Virus record (IMG/VR): IMGVR_UViG_3300004151_000009
DNA length: 64,000 nt
Origin: an uncultured virus (IMG/VR IMGVR_UViG_3300004151_000009)
Lineage: Duplodnaviria; Heunggongvirae; Uroviricota; Caudoviricetes
Reading direction: 5' to 3' (one strand)
Shown: positions 1 through 9,088 of the stretch, piece by piece
How positions within the stretch are numbered: position 1 is the first letter of the stretch
Layout: every line of letters starts with the position of its first letter
Made by a program: the position numbers and the translations under genes
The notes under the pieces: generated by a model
What the model was told of the DNA's origin: nothing
Databases searched by the model: none
Seen by the model: the letters and a program-made list of their open reading frames with translations, nothing else

Positions 1-486
1 CTGTCCGATGGTCTGTGTGACCTCAGAGAAGAGAGGCATGAAGGACACCGCACCAGAGGATGTCTTAGCAGCATTATCCACAGAAGAACTTTTAGGGCGC
101 AAGATGGTGATATCCGTCCCGCAGCCCCCCCGCAGGGCGTAAGTGCGAGACATCTTCTTCTGTGCTTCAAAGATGCCTTCCAGGGAGTCTTCCTCGATCT
201 TGATGAGGTAGCAGTTGGACAATGAGCAGCGGACTTCTGTGTTGCCAAGTCCGTAGAGAATAGAACCAGCAGGGATGAACTTTCCATCCCGCAAAAGTTT
301 AGCTATGGAGTCATCCTCTTCTGAGGAGTACTTGGAGACTTTGGTGAACTCCTGCACAACCCGCTCAATTACGTCGTCAAAAGACGATTCTCCTTGATGA
401 CAATACTTCTTCTGGGCGACCATACTGATGAAATCTTCCCGGTCTTTCAACCCGACTTCAATATCTTTCTTGGTAATGTGCGACAT
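1..486 (-). CDS. Ribonucleotide reductase catalytic subunit, 5' part (likely class II, NrdJ-like); runs off the window
   Basis: Not in the ORF track. Hand translation from ATG 486 (GGAGG upstream): MSHITKK...FIPAGSILYGLGN...SLSNCYLIKIEEDSLEGIF...RGGCGTDITILRPK...SGAVSFMPLFSEVTQTIGQ, which carries the SNC, GGxG and SGAVSF motifs of class I/II RNRs. No ATP cone. Confidence 0.88.
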   Translation of the reverse strand, partial: MSHITKKDIEVGLKDREDFISMVAQKKYCHQGESSFDDVIERVVQEFTKVSKYSSEEDDSIAKLLRDGKFIPAGSILYGLGNTEVRCSLSNCYLIKIEEDSLEGIFEAQKKMSRTYALRGGCGTDITILRPKSSSVDNAAKTSSGAVSFMPLFSEVTQTIGQ

Positions 487-535
487 CCCGCCTCCGGGTA
501 GATTTGTATTTTTGAAGTTGATTGCAGAAAAGTTT

Positions 536-567
536 GGGAAGCCCCAACATCCATGTCAAGGCTTCCC
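536..567. terminator. Intergenic hairpin (GGGAAGCC...GGCTTCCC)
   Basis: 8-bp inverted repeat between ORF 593-1036 and the RNR gene; no clear U-tract. Confidence 0.3.
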
Positions 568-592
568 TATTGCGGGGAGGGTGGGTAGCTAA

Positions 593-1036
593 CTAGGTGG
601 TGGAAAACTTAAACCGGACACTAGGGCCAAGCATCCCGCGCAACCGCGAGATAAGCCCATGCTCAAACTCAGACACCGTAGACTTCCGAAGGGCTTCATA
701 CTGCTCCTTGGCACGCTGCTTCAGGCACCAATCACAGTTACACTCTGGGCCGTCATCGTCCTCTGCGTCTGCGTATCCCTCATCCACATCTTCCTCAAGA
801 GACAGGTCTTCAGGGATATCATCCACCCCGGAATCGTGCTCGTAGAACTCAAAACCGTCAGTAACGGTCTTGCCGTTTTCCTGCACAACCAGGAAATCGA
901 CAGAGCCAGAGCCGTCACGCTTCATGGTCAGCGTGAACTCTTCCAGTTCACCCTCACACATGTCATCAAAAAAACACAGGGTGTTGTCGCAAAACTCCAT
1001 CACTTCATCACGCTCTTCTTCACAAAACTGTTGCAC
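593..1036 (-). CDS. Hypothetical acidic protein
   Basis: ORF with RBS, D/E-rich, CxCxxC motif. Confidence 0.6.
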   Translation of the reverse strand: MQQFCEEERDEVMEFCDNTLCFFDDMCEGELEEFTLTMKRDGSGSVDFLVVQENGKTVTDGFEFYEHDSGVDDIPEDLSLEEDVDEGYADAEDDDGPECNCDWCLKQRAKEQYEALRKSTVSEFEHGLISRLRGMLGPSVRFKFSTT

Positions 1037-1062
1037 GTTGACCTCCCCGCTGTGGCGGGCTG

Positions 1063-1968
1063 TTAGAATGTCTGAGCAGCAGCTAGCTGCTCTTTATACC
1101 ACTCTGGAAATCCTCTGGTAGCCACACGCAGTACATCCCTACCAAATATCTCCCAGAGTTTGTCCTTGATGTTGTCCTTCTCCTCTTCTGTGATGTCCGA
1201 AGTGATCTCCTTCAGAAGAGGGCCGATGTCCTGCGGAGTCTCTGTGAGCCTCCCATCTTCCCGCAAATGGTTTATAGCCTTATGCCAGCGGGCAGGAGTG
1301 CAGTACCCCTCAGACATAACTTCAAACTTACCCTTACCAGTGTTCTCTTTCTTCCAATTTGCGCCATTCACCTCTTTGAACTTCTCAGACACAAATTTTC
1401 CACAAGTAACGGGGTACTCCTTGTCTTGGAAGTAATGCGTTTGAGCGTAGTTCTTAACAACAAACCCCTCAATCATGCTACCACCAAGAAAGGACATCCT
1501 ATTCAGCCACACAGAGAAATCCTCGCTGACGGAACAAGTCCCCGTGTAGATGAGGGGAGCTACGTCAATGCCTAACCGAGAAGCAATATCCTTCTTCTCC
1601 CCCCTGGTAACAAAGTTTTCCATTTTCAGATCATACACATCCCACAAGACCAGATTCCCTTTGGGGGTGTGATCGTAGGCCAACGTGTTGTGTTTCGGAC
1701 GGCACAATGCCTCTGTGTAATAAATGTACCTGGATTCCAAAAGGCTCTCAACACTCAAAACATGTGCAATCGAAGGCTGAAATAACTTGTCAGCAGTACC
1801 CGCAAAAACTTCAGCACGCTTGCTACGGAAGTAGACCTCTGTGCTTGGCTTTGCGAACACAAAGCAAGAGCCGTCCACCTTCTCTTCCACGAAGACCTTT
1901 CCGTGAAACAACTTCCCAAGTCGCTTGTCTCCAATGGCGGCTATCTTTTGGAATCCAGGCAATTTCAT
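1063..1968 (-). CDS. ATP-dependent RNA ligase-like protein (Rnl2-type nucleotidyltransferase fold)
   Basis: Motif I EEKVDGS (KxDG), motif IV IEGFVVK, motif V-like GKFVSEKFKE. Confidence 0.8.
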   Translation of the reverse strand: MKLPGFQKIAAIGDKRLGKLFHGKVFVEEKVDGSCFVFAKPSTEVYFRSKRAEVFAGTADKLFQPSIAHVLSVESLLESRYIYYTEALCRPKHNTLAYDHTPKGNLVLWDVYDLKMENFVTRGEKKDIASRLGIDVAPLIYTGTCSVSEDFSVWLNRMSFLGGSMIEGFVVKNYAQTHYFQDKEYPVTCGKFVSEKFKEVNGANWKKENTGKGKFEVMSEGYCTPARWHKAINHLREDGRLTETPQDIGPLLKEITSDITEEEKDNIKDKLWEIFGRDVLRVATRGFPEWYKEQLAAAQTF

Positions 1969-1969
1969 G

Positions 1970-2293
1970 CTACGCCCCCTTGGTAGCCGTAACAGACTTC
2001 CGCATGGTGGAACGGAAACTATCCTCCATGTTCCGCATGGAGAGGGTCCGAAGACAGATAGCCTGATCCTTTGTCATCCCGCCCTCAACCTCAAACCGCT
2101 TGATGGCGTGCAACGTCTCATCCACACTGCAATCCGTGACATACCGAAGAGCCGCCCGAAAAATGGGGTCAACATCAGAAGCCAAAGTCTTGAGTGTTTG
2201 CACAAACGCCTTGAACTCCGGGTCATCCTTCAGAAACGGCAGCAGCCGCGCAAACTGAGCCAGTTCACTAATATCCAAGGTACTCCCTCCCAA
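1970..2293 (-). CDS. Hypothetical protein
   Basis: ORF abutting the ligase gene; the real start may be a TTG a few codons downstream. Confidence 0.55.
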   Translation of the reverse strand: MGGSTLDISELAQFARLLPFLKDDPEFKAFVQTLKTLASDVDPIFRAALRYVTDCSVDETLHAIKRFEVEGGMTKDQAICLRTLSMRNMEDSFRSTMRKSVTATKGA

Positions 2294-2340
2294 TTTTTTG
2301 AAGTTAATTTCAGGACTCCTGCCCCAACCGTCGAACGAGT

Positions 2341-2369
2341 ATAATAAGTCGTTTCTCTAGGTTTGTCAA
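2341..2369 (-). promoter_or_regulatory. Sigma70-like promoter
   Basis: TTGACA-17-TATTAT on the minus strand. Confidence 0.65.
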
Positions 2370-3259
2370 GAAGTTTTTTCAAAGTTTTTTTGACATTGCT
2401 CTTTCATAGGACAATTCCTACCCCGATACGTTGCGAAGGCTCCGTCCCGACACTCTGGGAGAGGGTCTGGAACATAGGTAGGGTCCACCACCCCGCGATT
2501 GAAGGACTCCAATGTGTCTTGGAGATACCCTACAACGTCAGGGTCTTTACGCACAGGGAACACCTTGACCGGGATACCCTTCTGGTGCCTCTTGCTGATG
2601 TAGGCAACAAAGCCCTTGTCAGGGTTGAACTGCACCGGAATCTGGGTATCTGCTTGCATCAGCATCATGTAAGCATTGACCTGTATCGTGTGGTCCCCCT
2701 TCGGGGCGGTCATAGCCTCAAAGTCCTTCCCCGAACAGGTCTTGAAGTCCAAAATGCGAAGATCACCTGGAGCCACTTCCACGAACCCGTCAATATGCCC
2801 CGTGACCCTGTAAGGGGTTTCCATCTTTAGGCTGTATTCAGAGTAGTTGATACACCTTACTGAGGAACCACAGCCAGAACACTCTTGAGAGGGACGCCGC
2901 CCGAAATACATAAAGCCGCAGTTAAGGCACTGCCACCAACCCAGGAAGTTCGTGGACAAATAGTCACCAGAGTCTTGCAAGTACCTGTGAACAGCGTTAC
3001 CAATGTCAAAGGTCATCTGCAATCCAGCCGGGGTGGCCCTCCCCCACATAACACCAGAGCGTAGTCCAAGAATCTTCTCACGAACACATACGTCATGCAG
3101 GGACGAACAACGTAAGAAGGACGAATACGGGAACTGCTCCCGCTTCGTAGTCATGTTGAACAGCGCGTGCGCCAAAAGTTGCGGGTCGGCTATGCCGTCC
3201 ACTTCCGCACTCTTAACTGGTGCTGTCACATCTGAAGAGTAAGTCCTGATAAATCTCAT
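2366..3259 (-). CDS. Cas4-like PD-(D/E)XK exonuclease with inserted zinc ribbon
   Basis: GNAVH, GHIDG...ILDFKT, QVNAY motifs; N- and C-terminal Cys; CLNCG...CSGCG insert. Confidence 0.8.
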   Translation of the reverse strand: MRFIRTYSSDVTAPVKSAEVDGIADPQLLAHALFNMTTKREQFPYSSFLRCSSLHDVCVREKILGLRSGVMWGRATPAGLQMTFDIGNAVHRYLQDSGDYLSTNFLGWWQCLNCGFMYFGRRPSQECSGCGSSVRCINYSEYSLKMETPYRVTGHIDGFVEVAPGDLRILDFKTCSGKDFEAMTAPKGDHTIQVNAYMMLMQADTQIPVQFNPDKGFVAYISKRHQKGIPVKVFPVRKDPDVVGYLQDTLESFNRGVVDPTYVPDPLPECRDGAFATYRGRNCPMKEQCQKNFEKTS

Positions 3260-3561
3260 CTTAAAAACCCCATACGTTGGCGTCTAAGAGCCACAATCTT
3301 TTCAAGCAGCGAGTCTAGCGTTTCAGTAGGCATATGCCATACGGTCTTACCCGTGGGCTTCACATCCTGACCCCATCCCGCCATGTAATCCTGCCGCTTC
3401 ATGCCAAGTTGCTCAATAACTTCCTGCACTACAGAATCTCTAGGTTCCTTCCACCCCAACCCATCTGTCAGGTAAATGAAGCCTTCGGCACAGTCACGTT
3501 GGAACCAAGCCCCCTCAACAATATCCCCAATAACCTCTGAGGCTGTGATGTCGTCATCCAT
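3256..3561 (-). CDS. Hypothetical protein
   Basis: ATG 3561 after GGGAGG and downstream of a consensus promoter. Confidence 0.55.
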   Translation of the reverse strand: MDDDITASEVIGDIVEGAWFQRDCAEGFIYLTDGLGWKEPRDSVVQEVIEQLGMKRQDYMAGWGQDVKPTGKTVWHMPTETLDSLLEKIVALRRQRMGFLR

Positions 3562-3604
3562 CTGTTGAGTCCTCCCCAATTTTTTGAACTCAATTTCAGA
3601 GCGT

Positions 3605-3633
3605 ATTATACACAATTTTCCAGATTTTGTCAA
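3605..3633 (-). promoter_or_regulatory. Perfect sigma70 consensus promoter
   Basis: TTGACA-17-TATAAT on the minus strand. Confidence 0.8.
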
Positions 3634-3650
3634 GAGAAATTATCGTGCTC

Positions 3651-3992
3651 CTACCTGTAGTGCGTGAACACCCAGAACCGCACATCCGGGGACTCTATCC
3701 CAAAGTGCTCAGTAATAAGGGCCTTCACCTTATTGCACTCAAGACGTGTTAAGTAGGGACTGATAGGCTCTAGTCCACCACACTCATCAGACCTGGATAG
3801 CACCCTCCCAATAAAGGTGTACTTCCCACACATGCCATCAAAAACAACCGTTAGTCCGTTGTGCGGAACTACTGGCTCAAAGGGATTATCCGTGTACGGC
3901 TCAACCACATCCCACATATCGTCGCCGCCTACCCCACCGTCACCTGGAAGTTTTACAGCATACATGACGTAAGTGTTCTGTTGAACACTCAT
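3651..3992 (-). CDS. Hypothetical phage protein
   Basis: ATG 3992 with GGAG RBS; DGMCGKY motif. Confidence 0.55.
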   Translation of the reverse strand: MSVQQNTYVMYAVKLPGDGGVGGDDMWDVVEPYTDNPFEPVVPHNGLTVVFDGMCGKYTFIGRVLSRSDECGGLEPISPYLTRLECNKVKALITEHFGIESPDVRFWVFTHYR

Positions 3993-4006
3993 ACTGATCT
4001 CCTTTG

Positions 4007-4210
4007 TCAAGAAGTTTCTTCAATAAGCCCCTTGCGGGAAGCACACTCCGCACAATACACAGCACCGCTACCTTCGGGGTCTGAATACCAATCCAAACTG
4101 AGCAAAAACTCCGGTATTGATATCCCAAAGTCACACAGATAACTGAGATCGTAATCGTCCTCAATGCCGCAGTCATCACAAGCAACACACAACCTGCGAG
4201 AAATTCCCAT
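4007..4210 (-). CDS. Small zinc-binding protein
   Basis: CDDC...CAEC. Confidence 0.5.
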   Translation of the reverse strand: MGISRRLCVACDDCGIEDDYDLSYLCDFGISIPEFLLSLDWYSDPEGSGAVYCAECASRKGLIEETS

Positions 4211-4218
4211 AACACCCC

Positions 4219-4452
4219 CTACTTGTTGAAAAGAATCCACCCAGGAAGGAGCAGTATTGAAGCACTCACCCAACCAACAAGAGTCGCCGCAAAAATCTTC
4301 ACAAAGCCCCAACCAATGGTAAGCCCATCCATAGGGGTGGCTTGCACACCATCAACAATGCTCACGATACCCCCGATGAAACAGACATACACTCCCATGT
4401 AAAGACCAAGAACAACACCACACAGCATCAAAAGTGAGCCTAACAGTTTCAT
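4219..4452 (-). CDS. Small membrane protein with two TM helices
   Basis: Two long hydrophobic segments; GAGGGAGG RBS. Confidence 0.65.
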   Translation of the reverse strand: MKLLGSLLMLCGVVLGLYMGVYVCFIGGIVSIVDGVQATPMDGLTIGWGFVKIFAATLVGWVSASILLLPGWILFNK

Positions 4453-4464
4453 GAAATCCCTCCC

Positions 4465-4959
4465 TCAAGATAAAAAATCGCCTGCTGACTTAGCAAACCA
4501 GTGACGGCACAGGTCGGGTAGGAGCAGCAGTCTATCCTCCCCGATCATGCTCAATGCCTTCTTGAACTTACGCTTCCCGCCTCCCCGCCAGACACCCTTC
4601 ACTTCCAGAAACAGTCCTGACTTCGGGAGGTAAAAATCCGCCGTGTACGAGTGAACTCCGTCTATATCCAACACTACCGATTCGTACTCGTACTCCCACC
4701 CCAAATCAAACTTCATTGTCTCTGCTACTATGCCTTCGTAGTTCGACCTGAACGCTTGGTTTAGTCTTGGGAACCAGATGTCACCAGGAGCCAGCCCGCT
4801 TGTAACCTTACTGCACTTGGTGGGAAGGCCCACATGGCGGGAAGTACGCACATACTCCACAAAGCAATTAAAAGAACAGAAAGCGGGACAGTCCACCTGG
4901 AGGTAGGATAAATCCTTTACGTTGAAACCTATCCCACCCCCACACACAGCACACAACAT
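4465..4959 (-). CDS. T7 endonuclease I-like PD-(D/E)XK nuclease (possible Holliday junction resolvase) with N-terminal Cys finger
   Basis: FRSNYE...YEYE...YTADFYL...FLEVKG; N-terminal CAVC...FCSFNC. Confidence 0.7.
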   Translation of the reverse strand: MLCAVCGGGIGFNVKDLSYLQVDCPAFCSFNCFVEYVRTSRHVGLPTKCSKVTSGLAPGDIWFPRLNQAFRSNYEGIVAETMKFDLGWEYEYESVVLDIDGVHSYTADFYLPKSGLFLEVKGVWRGGGKRKFKKALSMIGEDRLLLLPDLCRHWFAKSAGDFLS

Positions 4960-5273
4960 TATTCCCCCTCATCATCAAGTTTTTGAAACTGTTTGTATTG
5001 TCCTTCCCGCTTCATGCTATGGATGCAGCGCAGAGCGGCAGACGCTTCAGAGATGCGACCAGCATACACATAGGTCAGATGCTCAAAAACATCACACATC
5101 TCAGCGGAGTCTTCATCCCACACATCCTCAAAAGACATCCCAAGGTAGGCTAAGTCCCCCGTGCTGCCAAAGTTGAGTGCTGTTAAAAAGTTAGGATTTG
5201 CGGTATCCTCACATATACTGTGGTTGATGTCTTCAACCAATGCAATCAAGGCTTCTCTATCTTCTGCTTTCAC
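4959..5273 (-). CDS. Hypothetical protein
   Basis: GTG start with GGGAGG; stop overlaps the next start. Confidence 0.55.
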   Translation of the reverse strand: MKAEDREALIALVEDINHSICEDTANPNFLTALNFGSTGDLAYLGMSFEDVWDEDSAEMCDVFEHLTYVYAGRISEASAALRCIHSMKREGQYKQFQKLDDEGE

Positions 5274-5433
5274 TGTTTCCCTCCCGATTTTTTAGTGGTT
5301 CCCTACCCCATTTTTTGAAATCAACTTCACTCTTCGGGAGACAACTTAATCACTTTCTCTAGGTTTGTCAAGTCATTTTTTCAAAGTTTTTTGTGGCGGG
5401 AAGGCAGTCCCTCCCGCCAAACTGCAAGAATAC

Positions 5434-5943
5434 CTATTCAGGGATGGTGTAGAGGCTATAGTGACTCAAATCCAGTTTAGGATGCCCTGCTTTTTCATGC
5501 AATCCAGCAATCACCTTGAAACCAGAGTACTCAAAAAACACTTCCCCTTCAGGCATACCATCATAAATAAATGCGCCACTAGGCACATCCAAAGCGGCTA
5601 CAATGGCCTCCTCAAACTCCTTCCGCCGCTTCGCACTACAAGACAGGTGCGCCGACACCTTCAAGCATACGGCGGGTAGGAACTCCACCAAAGAACCGTT
5701 AAGGCCACCAATAATAGCAGGGATAGCCTTTCCGGCAAACGTAGACTTAACTCGGATAGCGTCAACAGCAACACCCGTCACTGCCATTTTCTCAAACATC
5801 TTCGGAGAAAAAGCGATAGGTGCGTCAGGAACCTCGGCAACAAAACTTGCAGTGAACCAATGCGCCGGGGAGTCTTCCCGCAACGCAGCACGTTCTTCAA
5901 TAACATCCAAGTCCTCCACAAACAAATAGACAATACTTTTCAT
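5434..5943 (-). CDS. Hypothetical protein
   Basis: ORF with RBS, followed by hairpin GGCGGGA...TCCCGCC at about 5395-5418. Confidence 0.6.
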   Translation of the reverse strand: MKSIVYLFVEDLDVIEERAALREDSPAHWFTASFVAEVPDAPIAFSPKMFEKMAVTGVAVDAIRVKSTFAGKAIPAIIGGLNGSLVEFLPAVCLKVSAHLSCSAKRRKEFEEAIVAALDVPSGAFIYDGMPEGEVFFEYSGFKVIAGLHEKAGHPKLDLSHYSLYTIPE

Positions 5944-6169
5944 CTCCCACTCCTACGGTTATAGGGTTATTTTGAAGTTGATTGCAGAAATTGCTGGCGG
6001 GTGGGTAGGCACTCAAAAACCATCAAATATGCTAAGACCAAAAGCAACAAGTGTCAAGAGGGAATCCAAAGAAAAAGAAAATATCTTGGTATCCGCAGAA
6101 AACCTTGACTTCCCGAAGCGGGGTGGCTACCTTCTACCCAACAATTAAACACATACAGGAGAAATCGGG

Positions 6170-6391
6170 ATGGCAACACAGAAGAAGAAAAAAGCAGATA
6201 TATACACGAAAGAGATCATGCTGTCCTATACCCCAGAGACACATGCCAAAATCAAGTTCATAGCCAAACAGAACAAACTCACCCTGTCTGAACAACTCAG
6301 GCGCTTCATCACCAACCTGATCGAAATTTATGAACGAAAATACGGTGTTATAGATACCGAAGAGAAAAAGGAAGAAAAACCAGATAGTTAG
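6170..6391 (+). CDS. Ribbon-helix-helix DNA-binding protein
   Basis: EIMLSYTPETHAKIKFIAKQNKLTLSEQLRRFI fits the strand-helix-helix pattern of Arc/CopG; own promoter at about 6105-6133; AGGAG RBS. Confidence 0.65.
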   Translation: MATQKKKKADIYTKEIMLSYTPETHAKIKFIAKQNKLTLSEQLRRFITNLIEIYERKYGVIDTEEKKEEKPDS

Positions 6392-6963
6392 CTAGTCACC
6401 TCTAAAACGCATCAGAATGCCCTGTGAGACGTTCTAGTATTGAAAATGACCTACCATGTGGTTTAGTAGCTAGAACGTCTCCTGGGGCATCCTGGTAAGA
6501 ATCAGAGGCATGTATACCCAACACTGAGAGCGTACAAACAACTGCCAGGAGAACCCCTGTGTTAGAGAAACTATTCCATACCAAATTACTAGGAAATGTG
6601 TTAATACGTTCTGTTGCCTTTCTCAAGTGCCTTCGTTGGAATCCGTGGCTGTTCTCTTGGCTGTTCTCGACGACAGTCGGCCAACTGGGGAATTTTCCCG
6701 AAGGGAAAATTTTCCAGCTCTTCTCACCGAAGGCTTTCAGCGAAAGCCGCAGGTGAGCTTTCTTTATTCCTATTAGCTTCTCAGAGAAGATTCCAGATAT
6801 CTTAAGGAACGGGTTTTCTCCTTGAAGTTTGAAACCACCCTCCCACTTTTTTACCAGGGTTTCAACCCTGCGGCAAAAAATTTCTCCTACCCCTCCAACC
6901 CCCATTTTGGGTCTGTTTCGAGGTCGTTTTTGATGCTTTTTTCAAGTATTTTTGATGTGCCTC

Positions 6964-6992
6964 TTGACAATCTCTTGGTTTGTGATTATCAT
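6964..6992 (+). promoter_or_regulatory. Sigma70-like promoter of the replication operon
   Basis: TTGACA-17-TATCAT. Confidence 0.7.
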
Positions 6993-7029
6993 ATACGCTT
7001 ACGAAAAACGTAGAAGGAGGGTTTTGAAG

Positions 7030-8214
7030 ATGGGTACGTTTACTCGACCTTGGGACATCGTTGCGGGGAGCCTCCCCGCTATTTTTGAAGTTGACTGCAC
7101 AAAAGAACGTCCGGTGTTCTATCTTATGGATGATCTGTTGATGGGCATGGGCATGTTGAACACCTCTGTTTTTTATGGCGTTGAGGAGTTCAAGACTGAC
7201 GGCCAAAGGTTGGCTGGGTTGGAAGTCCTTCGTCGTGTTGCCTCCCGCACCATTTCGTTCGGGAAGGCATTTGAGGTTTTGCCTCTACAGCAGATCGTTG
7301 ATCCTGGTCAGTCCCGTGGGTACTTCTGCCCACTTACGTTGGAACTTGTAACCACCACGGTAGCGAGACTCATGCGGGCCGGTCTTCTCTTGAGGTTCGG
7401 GACGGCAACCATGGGAACCGCCCCATCATATTCGCTGAACTTTCAAAAGGTGTTTGCGTCTCTGTCTGAACGTGTACCGTTGCTCGGGAAGCAGTTTAAG
7501 CAGACGGACAAGATCAAAGATGCTTTGAAGGCCGTAATCAGTCATCGACATTTCGGTGTGGCGTGTGTGTTCGCGTCTCGTTTAGGAACGGGGGTGGACA
7601 TACCAAAAAGTGATATTATGGAAATTTTAGCGGGAGTAACAAAGGACATGCCTAATTTCAAAGAGATGATGGCAGCAACGACAGCGAAGGCGAAGAAGGC
7701 GGAAGCGGCCCGCCTGGAAAAGTTGCAGGAGGCTCCGATCCTGCGGTGGAAGACCACGGTGAAGAAAGACATGGATGTTGAGAATCGTGTCTTTATCTAT
7801 CCTGATGCGGTGATTGCTCATTGGGATAATGTCGTGCAGAAGCATGACAAATTCAAGGATGCCTCCCCGACTGTGATGACGAAGGGAGACAAGGCGAGTC
7901 TGAAGTCCAAGGTTATGTCCTTGGTGAAGAAGGGCATGACAGAGGATGACATCCGTGAGCATTTCCGTCTGATCGTTTTGGGGTGGTCTTACATCCGGGC
8001 ACAGTCGGTCAAGACCGTAGGTGTTCGGGCTGATGGCACTACCTATTCGATGTACCTACCCGTCCATCCCACCCTGCGACTGTTCACTTATATGTGGGAT
8101 GACCTCAACCCGCAGTTGCTTAAATCCGCCAAGCGGTTCCAGCGTCCTGCTGAACTCCCCACGGATACGAAGCCGAAGCAGACTGCAACAGAGGAAGAAG
8201 TTTTCCATGTCTAA
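7030..8214 (+). CDS. Putative replication initiator / DNA-binding protein
   Basis: ATG 7030 after AAGGAGG; winged-helix-like segment (LVTTTVARLMRAGLLLRFG...YSLN); position upstream of loader-like and helicase genes. Function inferred from context. Confidence 0.45.
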   Translation: MGTFTRPWDIVAGSLPAIFEVDCTKERPVFYLMDDLLMGMGMLNTSVFYGVEEFKTDGQRLAGLEVLRRVASRTISFGKAFEVLPLQQIVDPGQSRGYFCPLTLELVTTTVARLMRAGLLLRFGTATMGTAPSYSLNFQKVFASLSERVPLLGKQFKQTDKIKDALKAVISHRHFGVACVFASRLGTGVDIPKSDIMEILAGVTKDMPNFKEMMAATTAKAKKAEAARLEKLQEAPILRWKTTVKKDMDVENRVFIYPDAVIAHWDNVVQKHDKFKDASPTVMTKGDKASLKSKVMSLVKKGMTEDDIREHFRLIVLGWSYIRAQSVKTVGVRADGTTYSMYLPVHPTLRLFTYMWDDLNPQLLKSAKRFQRPAELPTDTKPKQTATEEEVFHV

Positions 8215-9088
8215 TACTGGCAGCGGTGATAAAAAGATTATTGACCGGGTGTTGCGGTTTCCTTGGGAACTCATAGATTCAACGCATGTGTGGGGTGGGA
8301 CGGATGATAAAGAGGTTATCACAAAGATGCTGGCGGTGTCTGGGGTTTCTGATGCTTGTCTTGAACCACTCGTTAAGAACACAGCGAGGTTCGCTCAGAT
8401 AGCCATTCCGAATATCTTGATGTTGAACAACAGTAGGAATCCTATCCTGGCATACAGGAACTTCTGGCGTAACCTCCCGCTTAGTCGGGAGATCGACAGA
8501 CCTACGGATGTTTTGGGGCCGGAACTCACACAGGATGAACAGTACACAGTGATGCGTGCGTACAAGTTTGATGCACCGTACCGCACTGTGTTTCATTTTG
8601 CGAAGGACAAGGAGTCTGTTGATAGCCTTGCCAGTTACATTGTCGGGACGGCTATGCTGACTTCCTATGTCTGCTGCTTGTCTACGACTGTGGGCAACGC
8701 TTTTGATGTGAGCCGTGATAACTCCTTTTCACAGCAACCCCTAGAAGAGTTTGAAGCCTTGAGGCGTACCCCCATGTTGGTGCTGACTGATCTTGTAGAC
8801 GGCACTAAGATATCCGGTGATAGATTTGAAAAGGGATATGGCACCTTGAGTTCCTTGTTATATGACCGCTATCATAACGGACGTACCACTGTGTTCATTG
8901 ATGATGTGGCATGGCCTTTAATTGCTGATCCTGATGAGGGGGCACCCCGCTTTGACATGCAAGGTATCAAGGCAATCACAGATGAATGGCCTGCTATTTT
9001 GAAGAAGTATCTCATGGACACACGAACCCGCATCCATTGCGATTTGGACAAGAAGTCGAACAAGGGGGTTTGGCATGTCAGTCGGTAG
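8207..9088 (+). CDS. Degenerate DnaC/IstB-like helicase-loader-like protein
   Basis: LRRTPMLVLTDL (Walker B-like) and LLYDRYHNGRTTVF resemble DnaC; no Walker A; overlaps both neighbours. Confidence 0.5.
   Translation: MSNTGSGDKKIIDRVLRFPWELIDSTHVWGGTDDKEVITKMLAVSGVSDACLEPLVKNTARFAQIAIPNILMLNNSRNPILAYRNFWRNLPLSREIDRPTDVLGPELTQDEQYTVMRAYKFDAPYRTVFHFAKDKESVDSLASYIVGTAMLTSYVCCLSTTVGNAFDVSRDNSFSQQPLEEFEALRRTPMLVLTDLVDGTKISGDRFEKGYGTLSSLLYDRYHNGRTTVFIDDVAWPLIADPDEGAPRFDMQGIKAITDEWPAILKKYLMDTRTRIHCDLDKKSNKGVWHVSR

Noticed and set aside
2366..3259. CRISPR-Cas system around the Cas4-like gene
   Set aside because: No cas1/cas2 and no repeat-spacer array; solo Cas4-like nucleases are common in phages.
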